64,000 nt of DNA from an uncultured Acidimicrobiaceae bacterium. Its GTDB lineage: Bacteria > Actinomycetota > Acidimicrobiia > Acidimicrobiales > Ilumatobacteraceae. This document shows, one piece after another, positions 63,921 to 64,000 of the stretch (positions within the stretch are counted from its first letter, which is position 1; every line of letters begins with the position of its first letter). Location of the stretch: the NCBI GenBank assembly GCA_963722635.1, contig CAVRNX010000037.1:1698-65697 (forward strand), given 5' to 3'. The position numbers were made by a program, and so were the translations under genes. The notes below the pieces were generated by a model. That model was not told where the DNA came from and searched no databases. It was given only the letters and a program-made list of their open reading frames with translations.

Positions 63921-64000
63921 TCAGTACTGCTCCCGGATTCGGCTGACGACTCGGTTGCCGATCAGATTCAGGCCGAGCGTGATCAGGAACAGAATCGCGC
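63921..64000 (-). CDS. pstC: Phosphate ABC transporter permease, 3' end only
   Basis: Reads AILFLITLGLNLIGNRVVSRIREQY-stop directly upstream of pstA. Confidence 0.8.
   Translation of the reverse strand, partial: AILFLITLGLNLIGNRVVSRIREQY

Overview
High-GC actinobacterial chromosome segment. Gene repertoire and style suggest Acidimicrobiia / Ilumatobacter-like; this is inferred, not searched. About 55 densely packed genes; no rRNA, tRNA, CRISPR array or transposase was recognised. In order: treZ/treY with pgi/pgl, rarD, TetR and DUF305, cell-envelope lipoproteins (Zn peptidase, L,D-transpeptidase, CocE/NonD hydrolase), argG, an orphan PAS kinase, a SARP regulator divergent from a His/Met repeat membrane protein, fused indolepyruvate oxidoreductase, a DtxR-family regulator, helD, hemE-hemH-hemY, sortase-lnt, dtd, tesB, a moaE-small acidic protein-mreB-RNase operon, and pstCAB-phoU-senX3-regX3. 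The most notable find is homologues of all four mycobacterial methylmannose polysaccharide (MMP) genes (manT, meT3, mmpH, meT1; 38402-45581), with an acyltransferase and two MFS transporters lying inside the cluster. Lnt has Ser in place of the catalytic Cys. Many genes, including housekeeping ones, carry single-base frameshifts, most likely long-read consensus errors, so several coordinates are reconstructed across frames. All family calls come from motif recognition by eye; no database search was run.
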